64,000 nucleotides of DNA. It comes from a bacterium (GTDB taxonomy: Bacteria; Margulisbacteria; Marinamargulisbacteria; GCA-2716485; JAYNIM01). The notes under the pieces are model-generated. The model saw only the letters and a program-made list of their open reading frames with translations, was not told the origin of the DNA and ran no database searches. The position numbers and the translations under genes were made by a program. The stretch lies in NCBI GenBank assembly GCA_038109055.1, contig JAYNIM010000007.1, positions 10,807 through 74,806 of the forward strand, written 5' to 3'. Below, piece after piece: positions 54,501 through 64,000 of this stretch. Position 1 is the stretch's first letter. Every line of letters begins with the position of its first letter.

Positions 54501-55340
54501 TTAAACAGACAGTTTAGAAGAATCCTGGCTGTAATACAGAGAAAAAAAATAAATCAATGCAAATCCAAAACAAAAAAAAGCCCCTCCAAGAAACACTTCA
54601 TAAATAGAAAAAAAACCCTGCGGCCATAAACCAACCACTGAGGCTAACAACAAGGCGACAATGGCATAATAACTATGTAAAGGATACCTTTGCAAACAAT
54701 ACTTAATCAAAAAACTACAGGTAAAAATAGAAATAAATGCTCCAAATCCTACACAAAGCAACGATAAAAAATGAAAGTCAACAATACTATTCAATATATA
54801 CGCATAACTCCCCATTAAAAGAAGTATAAACGAACCACTCAATCCAGGTAAAAGCATCGCAAATGCAGCCACAAAGCCCGAAAAAAACAACCACACTGCA
54901 ATAGAAATAGAAAACCCATTAGCAGACTCTAAATCAAGGGGTACTTTGGGCAAGAAAGCCAAAAACGATACCCCTATAAAAAATAAAAAGGCAATAGCAA
55001 AATAAGAAAATCTAGGCAAATACAAACATAGTTTTTCACGAACAATAATAGGGACACTTCCCAAAACTAAACCCATAAAAAATAATGACGAGTATAGCGG
55101 AAAACACTCAATAAATAAAAGTAAAGCCTTCGCAAATAATAAAATACCTAAAAAAGCACCTAAAGAGAGCTTAAACAAAAATAAAAAGGAATGTTTGGAA
55201 GAAAATGGGGCTTTAAAAAAAGCATTTAAAGACAAAATTAATTCATCATAAATCCCCATAACTACCGCAAGAGTAGAACTACTCAAACCCGGAACGATCT
55301 GAGCCAAGCCTACAAAAACGCCTTTAATAATTAGTCCCAT
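54501..55340 (-). CDS. DUF368 family undecaprenyl-phosphate translocase
   Basis: AQIVPGLSSSTLAVVMGIY and AMLLPGLSGSFILLLMGSY repeats. Confidence 0.88.
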   Translation of the reverse strand: MGLIIKGVFVGLAQIVPGLSSSTLAVVMGIYDELILSLNAFFKAPFSSKHSFLFLFKLSLGAFLGILLFAKALLLFIECFPLYSSLFFMGLVLGSVPIIVREKLCLYLPRFSYFAIAFLFFIGVSFLAFLPKVPLDLESANGFSISIAVWLFFSGFVAAFAMLLPGLSGSFILLLMGSYAYILNSIVDFHFLSLLCVGFGAFISIFTCSFLIKYCLQRYPLHSYYAIVALLLASVVGLWPQGFFSIYEVFLGGAFFCFGFALIYFFSLYYSQDSSKLSV

Positions 55341-55344
55341 AACA

Positions 55345-56448
55345 TTACGATTGAACTAAAAACTCAACAACATCGCCTTCCTGCATAACATAGTCTTTAC
55401 CTTCCTGCCGTAAAAGCCCCTTCTCTTTAGCTTCTTTAAAAGATCCTACCTTCATCAACTGATCATAAGAAATTACATTAGCCCGTATAAAACCTCGCTC
55501 AAAGTCTGTATGAATCACAGACGCTGCCACAGGTGCTTTACACCCCTTGGGTATCACCCAAGAACGAGTTTCTTTAATTCCAGCTGTTAAAAAACACTGT
55601 AAATTTAATAAATCAAAACCAAGCGCCACCAATTGATCTAAACCTGAAGAAACGACCCCCAAAGAAGCCAAGTAATCTTTTTTTTCCACTTCCGTTAACA
55701 CTGCCAATTCTAGCTCCAACGAGACGCAAATCTCAAGCAAATCCACGCCATAATCATTCGCAATAGAAAGGAGGTCAGAAACCCACTTATTCTTACCACC
55801 TAAGTCTGACTCTAACACATTCGCCAACAAACAAAATGGTTTCAGAGTCAAAAAAGCATAAGGCTTTAATAACTGTAGCTCCCCTTCAGAAAAACTCAAC
55901 AGAGACAATAACTTAGAACCTGACAAATGTGATTGAACACGTAACAAAAGTGCCTCTAAAGAACGAAACTGGGCATCACCTGTCTTTGCTTGCTTTTTAA
56001 CTTTCTCTAATGCCTTTTCACAGACCTGTAAATCAGCCAAAATCAACTCTGTTATAACCACATCCAAATCTTCGATAGGGTTAACTTTGCCGTCAACATG
56101 CACGACATCTGGATCATCAAAACATCGCAGTACATGACAAATAACCCCTGTTTCACGAATATTAGATAAAAACTGATTCCCTAACCCCTCTCCTTTTGAC
56201 GCACCTTTAACCAATCCCGCAATATCAACAAAATCTACCGTAGAATATATTGTTTTTTCAGACGACATCAATGTTGCTAACTTATCTACTCGAGTATCAC
56301 TAAGAGCAACAGTGCCAACATGTGGCTCAATCGTACAAAAAGGATAATTTTCAGCAGCTACAGTCTGTTTAGATATGGCATTAAATAACGAAGATTTACC
56401 CACATTAGGCAACCCAACAAAGCCAATAGAAAGAGATGCTCTAGTCAT
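55345..56448 (-). CDS. ychF: Redox-regulated ATPase YchF
   Basis: GLPNVGKS, NYPFCTIEP, DIAGLVKGASKGEGLGNQFL, IHTDFERGFIRA, EGKDY. Confidence 0.97.
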   Translation of the reverse strand: MTRASLSIGFVGLPNVGKSSLFNAISKQTVAAENYPFCTIEPHVGTVALSDTRVDKLATLMSSEKTIYSTVDFVDIAGLVKGASKGEGLGNQFLSNIRETGVICHVLRCFDDPDVVHVDGKVNPIEDLDVVITELILADLQVCEKALEKVKKQAKTGDAQFRSLEALLLRVQSHLSGSKLLSLLSFSEGELQLLKPYAFLTLKPFCLLANVLESDLGGKNKWVSDLLSIANDYGVDLLEICVSLELELAVLTEVEKKDYLASLGVVSSGLDQLVALGFDLLNLQCFLTAGIKETRSWVIPKGCKAPVAASVIHTDFERGFIRANVISYDQLMKVGSFKEAKEKGLLRQEGKDYVMQEGDVVEFLVQS

Positions 56449-56899
56449 TTTCTACTTCTGCATCAATAGCAGAATCATCATCAAAGCCATCTAGGTCACT
56501 TTTCAAACTCCGCTGAGCAATAATAGACGGATCTTTCAAATACTCTGGATAATAATGAACCAGCGAATCCATACTAGTCAAAATTTCTCCCAAATGAGAA
56601 ATATACCCATATCTACGCCATATACGATCAAAAAAACGGGTAATAATAATCTGCTTAGACCCCTCAACCAAATCCAACATTTGGGAAAACTTACTCAAAC
56701 GATTATATAGAATCTCTTCATTTAAATTACGTTGCTTATATTGAACAGGTTCATAAATCTTTTTAAAAAACTCATACACACCATCCCCAATAAATAAAAT
56801 ATCATGATCATTAACCCTCAATGAAGACGGTTCAAACACAATAAAGCAATTAAAACGATCCTGATCTTCAATATCTTTTGGTAATACATCCATAGTCAA
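56441..56899 (-). CDS. Hypothetical protein
   Basis: Clean ORF with GAGGTG SD, overlapping the ychF start; no recognised motif. Confidence 0.7.
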   Translation of the reverse strand: MTMDVLPKDIEDQDRFNCFIVFEPSSLRVNDHDILFIGDGVYEFFKKIYEPVQYKQRNLNEEILYNRLSKFSQMLDLVEGSKQIIITRFFDRIWRRYGYISHLGEILTSMDSLVHYYPEYLKDPSIIAQRSLKSDLDGFDDDSAIDAEVEND

Positions 56900-56921
56900 T
56901 AGTCACCTCAATTTTGCCCAA

Positions 56922-56930
56922 ATAATACCA
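56922..56930 (-). promoter_or_regulatory. Putative extended -10 promoter
   Basis: TGGTATTAT (TGn-TATTAT) upstream of the hyp-ychF-DUF368-cmoA-atp run. Confidence 0.4.
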
Positions 56931-56945
56931 TAAGAAACAAAAATG

Positions 56946-57476
56946 CTAAAGCTGTTGTTGATTCAATATCAAAACAGATGAAATACGCTTTTTCAATCCA
57001 GAGGAACGCACACGCAAAAAAGAAGCCTTAATCGCAACATAATACCCACAATCAGCATAGATAAAATCTGATGACATAAACAAACTATAGGGATACTGTT
57101 GGCAAATCAAGGGACGATTATCGTAATTAGAACAAAAATTAGATGCCGTCAAACATTTACAACGAAACAACAACGCGCCAGCTGCTTTCTTAAAAGGAAC
57201 AAAACAGCGATATGAACGATCCTTTTGACATTTTTTATTAAATTCAGATAACGTTTTTATGGGTTTACTATGACTATATAAATGAAGTGATGAACAACAT
57301 AAACCAGAATGCTTACATCCACCAGCGATATAAAAATAAGTGACTTTAAAACAATCCCATAAAAAACCCTCTAGTCGCTTACTACGAATAACAGATAACT
57401 GAACAACATATGCATAATAAAAAAAATACACCCAAAAAAAAGAGACCTTTTTAGTTTTAAGAAACTCTAAAAGCAT
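56946..57476 (-). CDS. YkgJ-family cysteine-cluster protein
   Basis: CKHSGLCC, CKCL...CSNYDNRPLICQQYP, CGY. Confidence 0.8.
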   Translation of the reverse strand: MLLEFLKTKKVSFFWVYFFYYAYVVQLSVIRSKRLEGFLWDCFKVTYFYIAGGCKHSGLCCSSLHLYSHSKPIKTLSEFNKKCQKDRSYRCFVPFKKAAGALLFRCKCLTASNFCSNYDNRPLICQQYPYSLFMSSDFIYADCGYYVAIKASFLRVRSSGLKKRISSVLILNQQQL

Positions 57477-60400
57477 TAAGGCTGTTTTTGAGAACTTTGT
57501 TTTGCATCATAATCATCCAAAAGCTTTTTTAACTTACTTTGCAGGTCATTCAATTCTTGTTTAACCTCTGACAATTCATTCTGAAAATCCGATAAACTAG
57601 CACGCTGATGATCATTGGAAATCAAGGAAAATTGAGCCCCAACAGCCACATTAATGTAGGCCAATCCATCATCACTAGAAGACTCCCAGGAAGTCCCCAC
57701 AACCTGTCCATAATCTGACACCTCTAAATGATCAGGTGAAACCGCACGTCCAATTCCATCCCCTTTTCCAGAAGAAAGAATATAATCTCCAGCAGACACC
57801 GAACCAAAAACCTTCACTCGAACCTGTCCCAAAAAGGAAACCAACGCATAATCTTCAGCATCCTCACCCGGCATATTACCCGCGACTGCAGGCGTAGAAC
57901 TAATCACCATCAAAAGCTGAGCACCTTCTGTCTTTTTACTAATATACCCATTAAAAACCCCCACAATATCACCTTTATTAATCACTTCATCCTTATATTT
58001 TTTAGGCAAATACTCTGCATAATCAGCACCCTTAGTTTCATAAAAAACACCCCCTGAAGAAGACCCAGAAGATTTAATAGCACCAGCAGGATTGCTACCA
58101 TATTGAAACTCAACAAAAGAAGATTGAATATCACTATCAGATGGCAACGAGATAGCCATTGCCTTTTTACCACTCTTTACTTCAATCAAGGTCACATACT
58201 GAGCCAAATCAGCTGCGACAATATTGTCATCAAAAAATCCTTTAATCGTAAACAAAGCCTTACTATCCTTTAAATTAATAGAGTCTAAATCAACCTTTTT
58301 ACCCACCTGGAAAAAAGATCGAACTAAATCACTACCAGTATCATGCGGCCCCATCTTAAAAAATTCCCTCTCCGGATTATCCTGATCTCTAACAGAAAAT
58401 TGATTCACACTCACCACTAATTCAGAAGTCTGACTATCTGATGAAACCCTAATCTGATTTCCAGAGGGAAAAACTAACCCACTATCACGTAAGGCAAAAT
58501 TACCAGAAACATACAAACCTGAATTCACAATTGCAGCAGCAGCATCATTATAAATAAAATTTTCAACGCCATGTCCAACCCCAATAACCGGACCACTATC
58601 CGTATTAGCCATTAGCAAAGCACTACGTTCACCAGATGAAGAATCATGCAAAGAGAAGTTAAAATATTTTCGGGTTGAATCAAACGATTTTCCATTAAAA
58701 AGAAGTTGATTGTTCACATCTTGATACACCGTCATCATCCTCGCTACAGAATCAACTTCACCCACATATAAAGGAGCAACAAGATTCAACGCAGATGATT
58801 TAAAAGCATCTCCTAAAACGGTCATCGCATCACTACTATCACCAAGTGCAGAAACCAATACAGGGGCTCCAAAAAAACCTGCTGAAAAATATCGATTAGA
58901 AAACGATGAAGAATCAACAGATTCATCCATCTCAACACGTAATCCGTAAAAAGAGCCATCTACCAATTCTGGAACCTCTAAATATGAAGGAAAGTTCTGC
59001 GCAGTGGCATCCGACGTATCCGCCGATAACATAAGATCAAACCCCACAAACGAATTACTCTGCCCCGTATTTGAACCCGCATTAAATACATAATTAATAG
59101 ACAAAGGCACCTGGCCTAACATATCAATCGTTGTAATTTCCGCCACTAGATTTAAATAATTTGTTTCGATACTTTCTGCAACCATCTTTGCATTAACAGA
59201 GACTTCATCCACAACAACGGTACCTAAAACATCTAATGTTACCCCAATATCTACAGATTGAGAGGTAATTTTCAACACCATCCCATTATCAGAAAAAACA
59301 TCCATAGCAGGCTGATCCCCTTCTGCACGAATCACCATTAAGGCATCTTGATTGGCCGCATCTTCTGGCGTGGTATTAAGAAAAACCTGATCATTATAAA
59401 CTGAGAAAATAGACTGATTTGCTTGATTTTCCAACAACAGTAACGGCCTTGTATCTACAAACGAATCATCCTGAATAATATGCAAAAGCGCCGTTGGCGT
59501 CTCAGTACCAATACCCACCAAGCCTCCCTGAAAAACAGCGGCATAACGATTAAATCCTGAATCATCAATATGATTGGCCTGAGAACGAACATCGACAAAA
59601 AGGCCCACCGCCGATTCATTAACCCCTAAAAATGACGATGCATCTGATGGATAAGAATCAAAGGAAATATCCAAACCTTTATACACCACCGAAGACCCAG
59701 ATCCTGTTAAATCTCTACTCACAATAAAATTTAATGAAACCCCCTCTATAAGATTCTGATTACTCTGATTAGACACTACCGTATTCAATACAATCTGATT
59801 TAACGTGGCAGTAGTGCTTCCTATCTCCAAACGATTCGAAGTAGAATTCCAACGCAATGAAGAAAAAGAACGAAATTGATTAAGCCCTTCATCAAAATAT
59901 ATCAATGAACCATCTACTGATGAAACTCCATCCTGAGAACCAAAAGGCCCTAAAAGATCCTGACCGTCTGTATGCCCCGGAGAAAAATAACGTAATCCAC
60001 CCGAATATAGCATCATATAGTGTGTAGCTGGAATCATATCCAATGGCTGGCCCATAGACCCTGCTCCAACATCATTAAAGGAAAAAACATTAGCAGAAAG
60101 CACTGAATTAACAGAAATACGATTGACAATTAAACGATTCAATGTCAACTCATTTTCTATATCAGGCAAAGCAACTGTTCCCAAAATACCCGACACTTCT
60201 AAACCTTCTGCAAAAATAGTCCCATTAACAGATACATTACCCGATACATACATACTAATGGTCGGTAAAAAGAGCGGCATTTCAGTCCCATTAAATCCAA
60301 CCATGGTCTGATTAAAGGTTGCCAACTCTGCATTAATCGTCACCGCAGAAAGCGTATTCAAAAGAGTAAAACGATTCGCTGTCAACACCTCTACATTTAA

Positions 60401-63400
60401 AGTACTAACACGAAGTTCATTAACAAAAAATTTATTCTGCTCATTCGTATCTAAGACTAAGGTATTCAATGTCAGAACTTGCTCTAAGGTCAATTCATTA
60501 ACAGTCACAAGGGCAGTATCAAAAACAAATTGATTTGCGGACACAGTTCCATGAACATGTAAATCAGCTGAAGGCCTTTCCACACCGATTCCAACACGCC
60601 CCTTAAAAATTGCAGCCCTTCTCGAAGACAACGAATTAACATCTGGATTCGTCACATCAATGTACAAGCCAATAACTTCTTCAGCAATGACATCGGATAA
60701 ATCCATGTCAAACCCCTTCACAACAGAACCATCTGCAATTGCACCAGGATTACTAGAAACCATCATTGAAATACCTATGATATCATTCGACAAGTTACTA
60801 GGGTTCCTGTCATAAAAAACACCATTACGCAATACTGCATTAGGATAAGTTGCTTGGACCTCAGACAAAGTACCATTAACATCAGAAAGAGCCGTTTCAG
60901 TGGCCAAATCTAAGGTAAAACGCATATCATTAAAAATATAAGGGTCGTTAACACTAATAGCATCAACATTCGCTGAAACAACGATTCGACCATCAGAAGA
61001 AACCTGATAAGATCGATTTAATTGATCCCCAATGGATAATAAAACACCGGTATTTCCACTAACAACAAGATTTTCAACATGCATATGATTAACCGTAACT
61101 AGACCCGACACCCAAACATCACCACTAACATGAAGTGCAGCACCCGGATCCGTAGTACCAATCCCTAAACCTTGAGGACTAAGAGACATAATTTCTTTAG
61201 GAACAGTATTTGACGAAACAATAAAACGTAAAGAAGACGTATCATCTTCTCTAACAGAAACCAAACCAGCCATACTTGCATTATCAGTTGGCTGAAACAT
61301 TAATCCAAAACCAAAAGGGAAGTTAGAGTTTTGTATCTGACCATCTACACGAAAAACAGCCCAGGTATCTGGATCAGAAAAGTTAAACGCGGGTACGTTC
61401 GCCGAAACTATATGTAAAGAAGCAGAAGGAACTTCTGCATCTACCCCAATCCCCACACGATTATTACCAACAGCCATAACAATATCATCATTTTGAGAAA
61501 CCACAAAAGAAGCCCCCACATTCAAGGTTAAAGCCTCTCCAATCATCAAACGGTCCATGGTGACAAGCTCATGCGAGTCAGGCAAATTTAAATGATGAAT
61601 AAATGCAGTTCCATTAACCGTTAAAACATTGGACTTAAAATCAGAAATTTCAATAGAATCCATCACCTGTAAATAATTTACAGACATGCGATTAGCGGTT
61701 ATAAAATCTAAATCTGTCGCAATATCCACAGTCACAAATTGATCTGAAATAAATGTACCAACGTCAAAATTATTAACAAGCAAATTAGTAAATTCAGCCC
61801 TATTGATAGACACGTCTTCAGCAGTAAAGTTTTGGCTAACATTCAGTGTCGTTACCTCCCAACTTCCAACGATAAATTCATCCGCCTTAACAGTACCCGA
61901 CACATGTAAACTTTCCTGAGGATCATCAAGACCTATCCCAACATGCCCTCCCATAAATACAGCCGAATAACGATTTCCAGAAACCCTTGTTAAGTCTGAT
62001 TGAGTCATATCGACATGAACGCCAATCAATCTTGCATCATTAGCCGTATCATCCAAGGTAATGTCATTCATCGAAACAACCAAGCCTTTCACAGACCCAG
62101 TAACAAAGGTACCAGCAGCACTTTCAAAGGCCAATTTAATCCCAGTTACATCCGAATTCACAACCGCACCATCTGGAAAATCCATAGAAACATCAACACC
62201 AGAAACATTAGACAAATCACGATCAAAAAGAATAGAAAGATTCTGTCCAATATATGAGGTATCCTCCAATGTAATACTCTTAGAAATTAACAAAGATGTC
62301 GTAGGATACACTTCAGAGGGCACAAAAGTATCCCCATTCAGTGAGGTCCCTATCACAAACATACCCGAGGTCGCTTGAATAGAAAAAATATCTCCAACGG
62401 TTAAATTATCCGAAACAAAAAGTGTATCAACCTTCAAATCCTGCAAAATATGTACATTTCCAGATACTTGAAAGGCAAAATCAGAATTTAAATCAGTATC
62501 TTGAAACCCAATACCTATACGACCATTTGCAACTTTTAAACCTTGTGATTCTAACTGTTGCAATGAAATACGTGCATCATTAGCGATCAGGGCATTAGTA
62601 CTAACAGAACCATTAACATAAAGCCGTATATCTGAATTCACATCATAATCAAATACAGTCAAATTATCCTGACTATAGCCAATCATCACTGGCCCTCCAT
62701 TAAACACTGCAGAAAAAACCTTATGCTGCTGTGCCGCAACAGGATTGATACTCACCAACAAACCAACAACATCAATATCTCTAAAGTTAGTAACATCTGA
62801 TAAAAAAGAAAGGTCAAATCCAACCAAGGTTTGATTCGTATCCCAAGCATTGAGCAAATTAATATCAATATCCATCGCTGTATGCGAAAAGGTATTACCA
62901 GGTTGTCCGGTATCTACCGTTGAATCAATATGAAAAGCACTATTATCAGGAGAAGAAAATCCAAAAAATACATTTTGAGTGACAACAAAAGCTTCATTAT
63001 CCGTAATAACACGAGAAATCGCTAAATTAGCCGTACTCGTAAGTAACTTTTTAGAATGATCAAAATAAACTGGCGCTCTAAGAATTTTAGTTGAATCTGT
63101 GACAAAAAAAGCTAATGATCCCGATGCAGTTGGCGAAAATTCATTCATAAAGTTCAAATCAGTGTTTAATTGTGTTCCATCAAACATCAAACGATTTCCT
63201 TGAACATACAAACGTTTAGCCTCATCGCCATCATTTTCAGTTGAAAAATAAATATCCCCAACTTCTAAAGCAGGAAAAACAGTATTAATAACATCCGCAC
63301 TCACAATCGATGCAACCAAAGTGCCGGTAACAAATAAAGAAAAACCCGGATCAACAACAAACTCATTAACAGTCCCAATCAACACATTATGCGTTGTAAA

Positions 63401-64000
63401 TAACACATCACCGCCATCAACTAACCAAGAAGAACTAGGGTTATACTCCAAAACATCACCCTGATAATACAAGTTTTCAACAACCAAATCTTTGACATAT
63501 AAAGAGTGTGTCTGTTTTTCTTGAACTTGCTGATAAAAGGTATCATCCCCGACAACAACAGGCCCTTGAAAGTAACTAGCGCCAGACACTGTCAATGCCC
63601 CACTAGGGGTCCGTGTCCCAATCCCCACAGAATTACCAGAAATACTCATAATAAACTGATTTTCAGCTAAATCATTTAATTCAATCGATTCGTTCGCAGA
63701 CGCAACAATCACAAAAAGGGGCTGATTATTTTCAGTAACAAAGCCCATACTCATAAAATGGTTGTTTTGAGAAAAGGTCAACAACGAATTAATATTCGAC
63801 GTAGCCGCTAAATGTAATAAAGCCACAGGGTTGGACGTCCCAATCCCCACCCTACCTCGATTATAAAAAATATCTTTTCCTAAAGAAGACTGTACCGTTT
63901 GCCAGATAATCAAATCATCCAAATCTCTAGCCGAACCTCCATTCAAAAACGTATAACTATCTGCAAAAATGTTTCCACTGACATGTAAAGCATATTGGGG
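57476..64000 (-). CDS. Giant VGIG-repeat fibre/adhesin-like protein with C-terminal chaperone-like domain (5' end outside window)
   Basis: The frame stays open from 63946 to 64000 (PQYALHVSGNIFADSYTFL), giving >2170 aa. Repeated G.VGIG...P...LHV.G; C-terminal GADYAEY...GQVRVKV.G...GDYI...G.G followed by a coiled coil. Confidence 0.85.
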   Translation of the reverse strand, partial: PQYALHVSGNIFADSYTFLNGGSARDLDDLIIWQTVQSSLGKDIFYNRGRVGIGTSNPVALLHLAATSNINSLLTFSQNNHFMSMGFVTENNQPLFVIVASANESIELNDLAENQFIMSISGNSVGIGTRTPSGALTVSGASYFQGPVVVGDDTFYQQVQEKQTHSLYVKDLVVENLYYQGDVLEYNPSSSWLVDGGDVLFTTHNVLIGTVNEFVVDPGFSLFVTGTLVASIVSADVINTVFPALEVGDIYFSTENDGDEAKRLYVQGNRLMFDGTQLNTDLNFMNEFSPTASGSLAFFVTDSTKILRAPVYFDHSKKLLTSTANLAISRVITDNEAFVVTQNVFFGFSSPDNSAFHIDSTVDTGQPGNTFSHTAMDIDINLLNAWDTNQTLVGFDLSFLSDVTNFRDIDVVGLLVSINPVAAQQHKVFSAVFNGGPVMIGYSQDNLTVFDYDVNSDIRLYVNGSVSTNALIANDARISLQQLESQGLKVANGRIGIGFQDTDLNSDFAFQVSGNVHILQDLKVDTLFVSDNLTVGDIFSIQATSGMFVIGTSLNGDTFVPSEVYPTTSLLISKSITLEDTSYIGQNLSILFDRDLSNVSGVDVSMDFPDGAVVNSDVTGIKLAFESAAGTFVTGSVKGLVVSMNDITLDDTANDARLIGVHVDMTQSDLTRVSGNRYSAVFMGGHVGIGLDDPQESLHVSGTVKADEFIVGSWEVTTLNVSQNFTAEDVSINRAEFTNLLVNNFDVGTFISDQFVTVDIATDLDFITANRMSVNYLQVMDSIEISDFKSNVLTVNGTAFIHHLNLPDSHELVTMDRLMIGEALTLNVGASFVVSQNDDIVMAVGNNRVGIGVDAEVPSASLHIVSANVPAFNFSDPDTWAVFRVDGQIQNSNFPFGFGLMFQPTDNASMAGLVSVREDDTSSLRFIVSSNTVPKEIMSLSPQGLGIGTTDPGAALHVSGDVWVSGLVTVNHMHVENLVVSGNTGVLLSIGDQLNRSYQVSSDGRIVVSANVDAISVNDPYIFNDMRFTLDLATETALSDVNGTLSEVQATYPNAVLRNGVFYDRNPSNLSNDIIGISMMVSSNPGAIADGSVVKGFDMDLSDVIAEEVIGLYIDVTNPDVNSLSSRRAAIFKGRVGIGVERPSADLHVHGTVSANQFVFDTALVTVNELTLEQVLTLNTLVLDTNEQNKFFVNELRVSTLNVEVLTANRFTLLNTLSAVTINAELATFNQTMVGFNGTEMPLFLPTISMYVSGNVSVNGTIFAEGLEVSGILGTVALPDIENELTLNRLIVNRISVNSVLSANVFSFNDVGAGSMGQPLDMIPATHYMMLYSGGLRYFSPGHTDGQDLLGPFGSQDGVSSVDGSLIYFDEGLNQFRSFSSLRWNSTSNRLEIGSTTATLNQIVLNTVVSNQSNQNLIEGVSLNFIVSRDLTGSGSSVVYKGLDISFDSYPSDASSFLGVNESAVGLFVDVRSQANHIDDSGFNRYAAVFQGGLVGIGTETPTALLHIIQDDSFVDTRPLLLLENQANQSIFSVYNDQVFLNTTPEDAANQDALMVIRAEGDQPAMDVFSDNGMVLKITSQSVDIGVTLDVLGTVVVDEVSVNAKMVAESIETNYLNLVAEITTIDMLGQVPLSINYVFNAGSNTGQSNSFVGFDLMLSADTSDATAQNFPSYLEVPELVDGSFYGLRVEMDESVDSSSFSNRYFSAGFFGAPVLVSALGDSSDAMTVLGDAFKSSALNLVAPLYVGEVDSVARMMTVYQDVNNQLLFNGKSFDSTRKYFNFSLHDSSSGERSALLMANTDSGPVIGVGHGVENFIYNDAAAAIVNSGLYVSGNFALRDSGLVFPSGNQIRVSSDSQTSELVVSVNQFSVRDQDNPEREFFKMGPHDTGSDLVRSFFQVGKKVDLDSINLKDSKALFTIKGFFDDNIVAADLAQYVTLIEVKSGKKAMAISLPSDSDIQSSFVEFQYGSNPAGAIKSSGSSSGGVFYETKGADYAEYLPKKYKDEVINKGDIVGVFNGYISKKTEGAQLLMVISSTPAVAGNMPGEDAEDYALVSFLGQVRVKVFGSVSAGDYILSSGKGDGIGRAVSPDHLEVSDYGQVVGTSWESSSDDGLAYINVAVGAQFSLISNDHQRASLSDFQNELSEVKQELNDLQSKLKKLLDDYDAKQSSQKQP

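Noticed and set aside
63944-63946. ORF-track start of the giant protein
   Set aside because: It is an internal TTG; the frame stays open to position 64000.
57476-64000. Prophage or tailocin suggested by the tail-fibre-like protein
   Set aside because: No integrase, capsid, baseplate, tape-measure or lysis gene in the window; the gene is coupled to chromosomal genes and shares the host strand skew. The upstream side is unseen, so this is not fully excluded.

Overview
AT-rich bacterial chromosome segment that is almost entirely housekeeping. I see no prophage, IS, CRISPR or rRNA. In order it carries: a SUF operon (sufB-C-D-S-U, sufU cut by the window edge); AceE-type pyruvate dehydrogenase (aceE-aceF-lpd); psd; FmdB-type Zn ribbon; UPF0182 with tRNA-Met(CAT); a mixed operon (LptA-like, TrxB-like, purQ, PurS-like, TPR, LptC-like, pseudouridine synthase); IMPase-rsmH; folP-folK-tsaE; a phosphohexomutase; nnrD plus a kinase-like ORF; cutA; rseP-ftsE-ftsX-PpiD/SurA-like; pyrH-frr-uppS-cdsA-dxr-dprA; pyrG plus a sigma54 activator; rpmF-plsX-fabH-fabD-fabG-acpP-fabF-rnhB-yraN; an F-type ATP synthase operon; cmoA, DUF368 and ychF; and a giant (>2170 aa, 5'-truncated) fibre-like protein. 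Diderm envelope genes combined with Terrabacteria-type genes suggest a lineage such as Ca. Margulisbacteria, but this is inference only. The most notable items are: (1) the atp operon encodes both a single-hairpin c subunit and a triplicated c subunit with one dead ion site, both with Na+-type signatures, and has no subunit a gene; (2) a giant Cys-free VGIG-repeat fibre ending in a DYAE-type chaperone domain; (3) a TrxB homolog lacking its CxxC; (4) a PI3K/HipA-like kinase ORF; (5) a tandem PurS-like protein; (6) recurrent leaderless-type promoters; (7) very strong strand compositional asymmetry. All calls come from motif recognition by eye; no searches were run.
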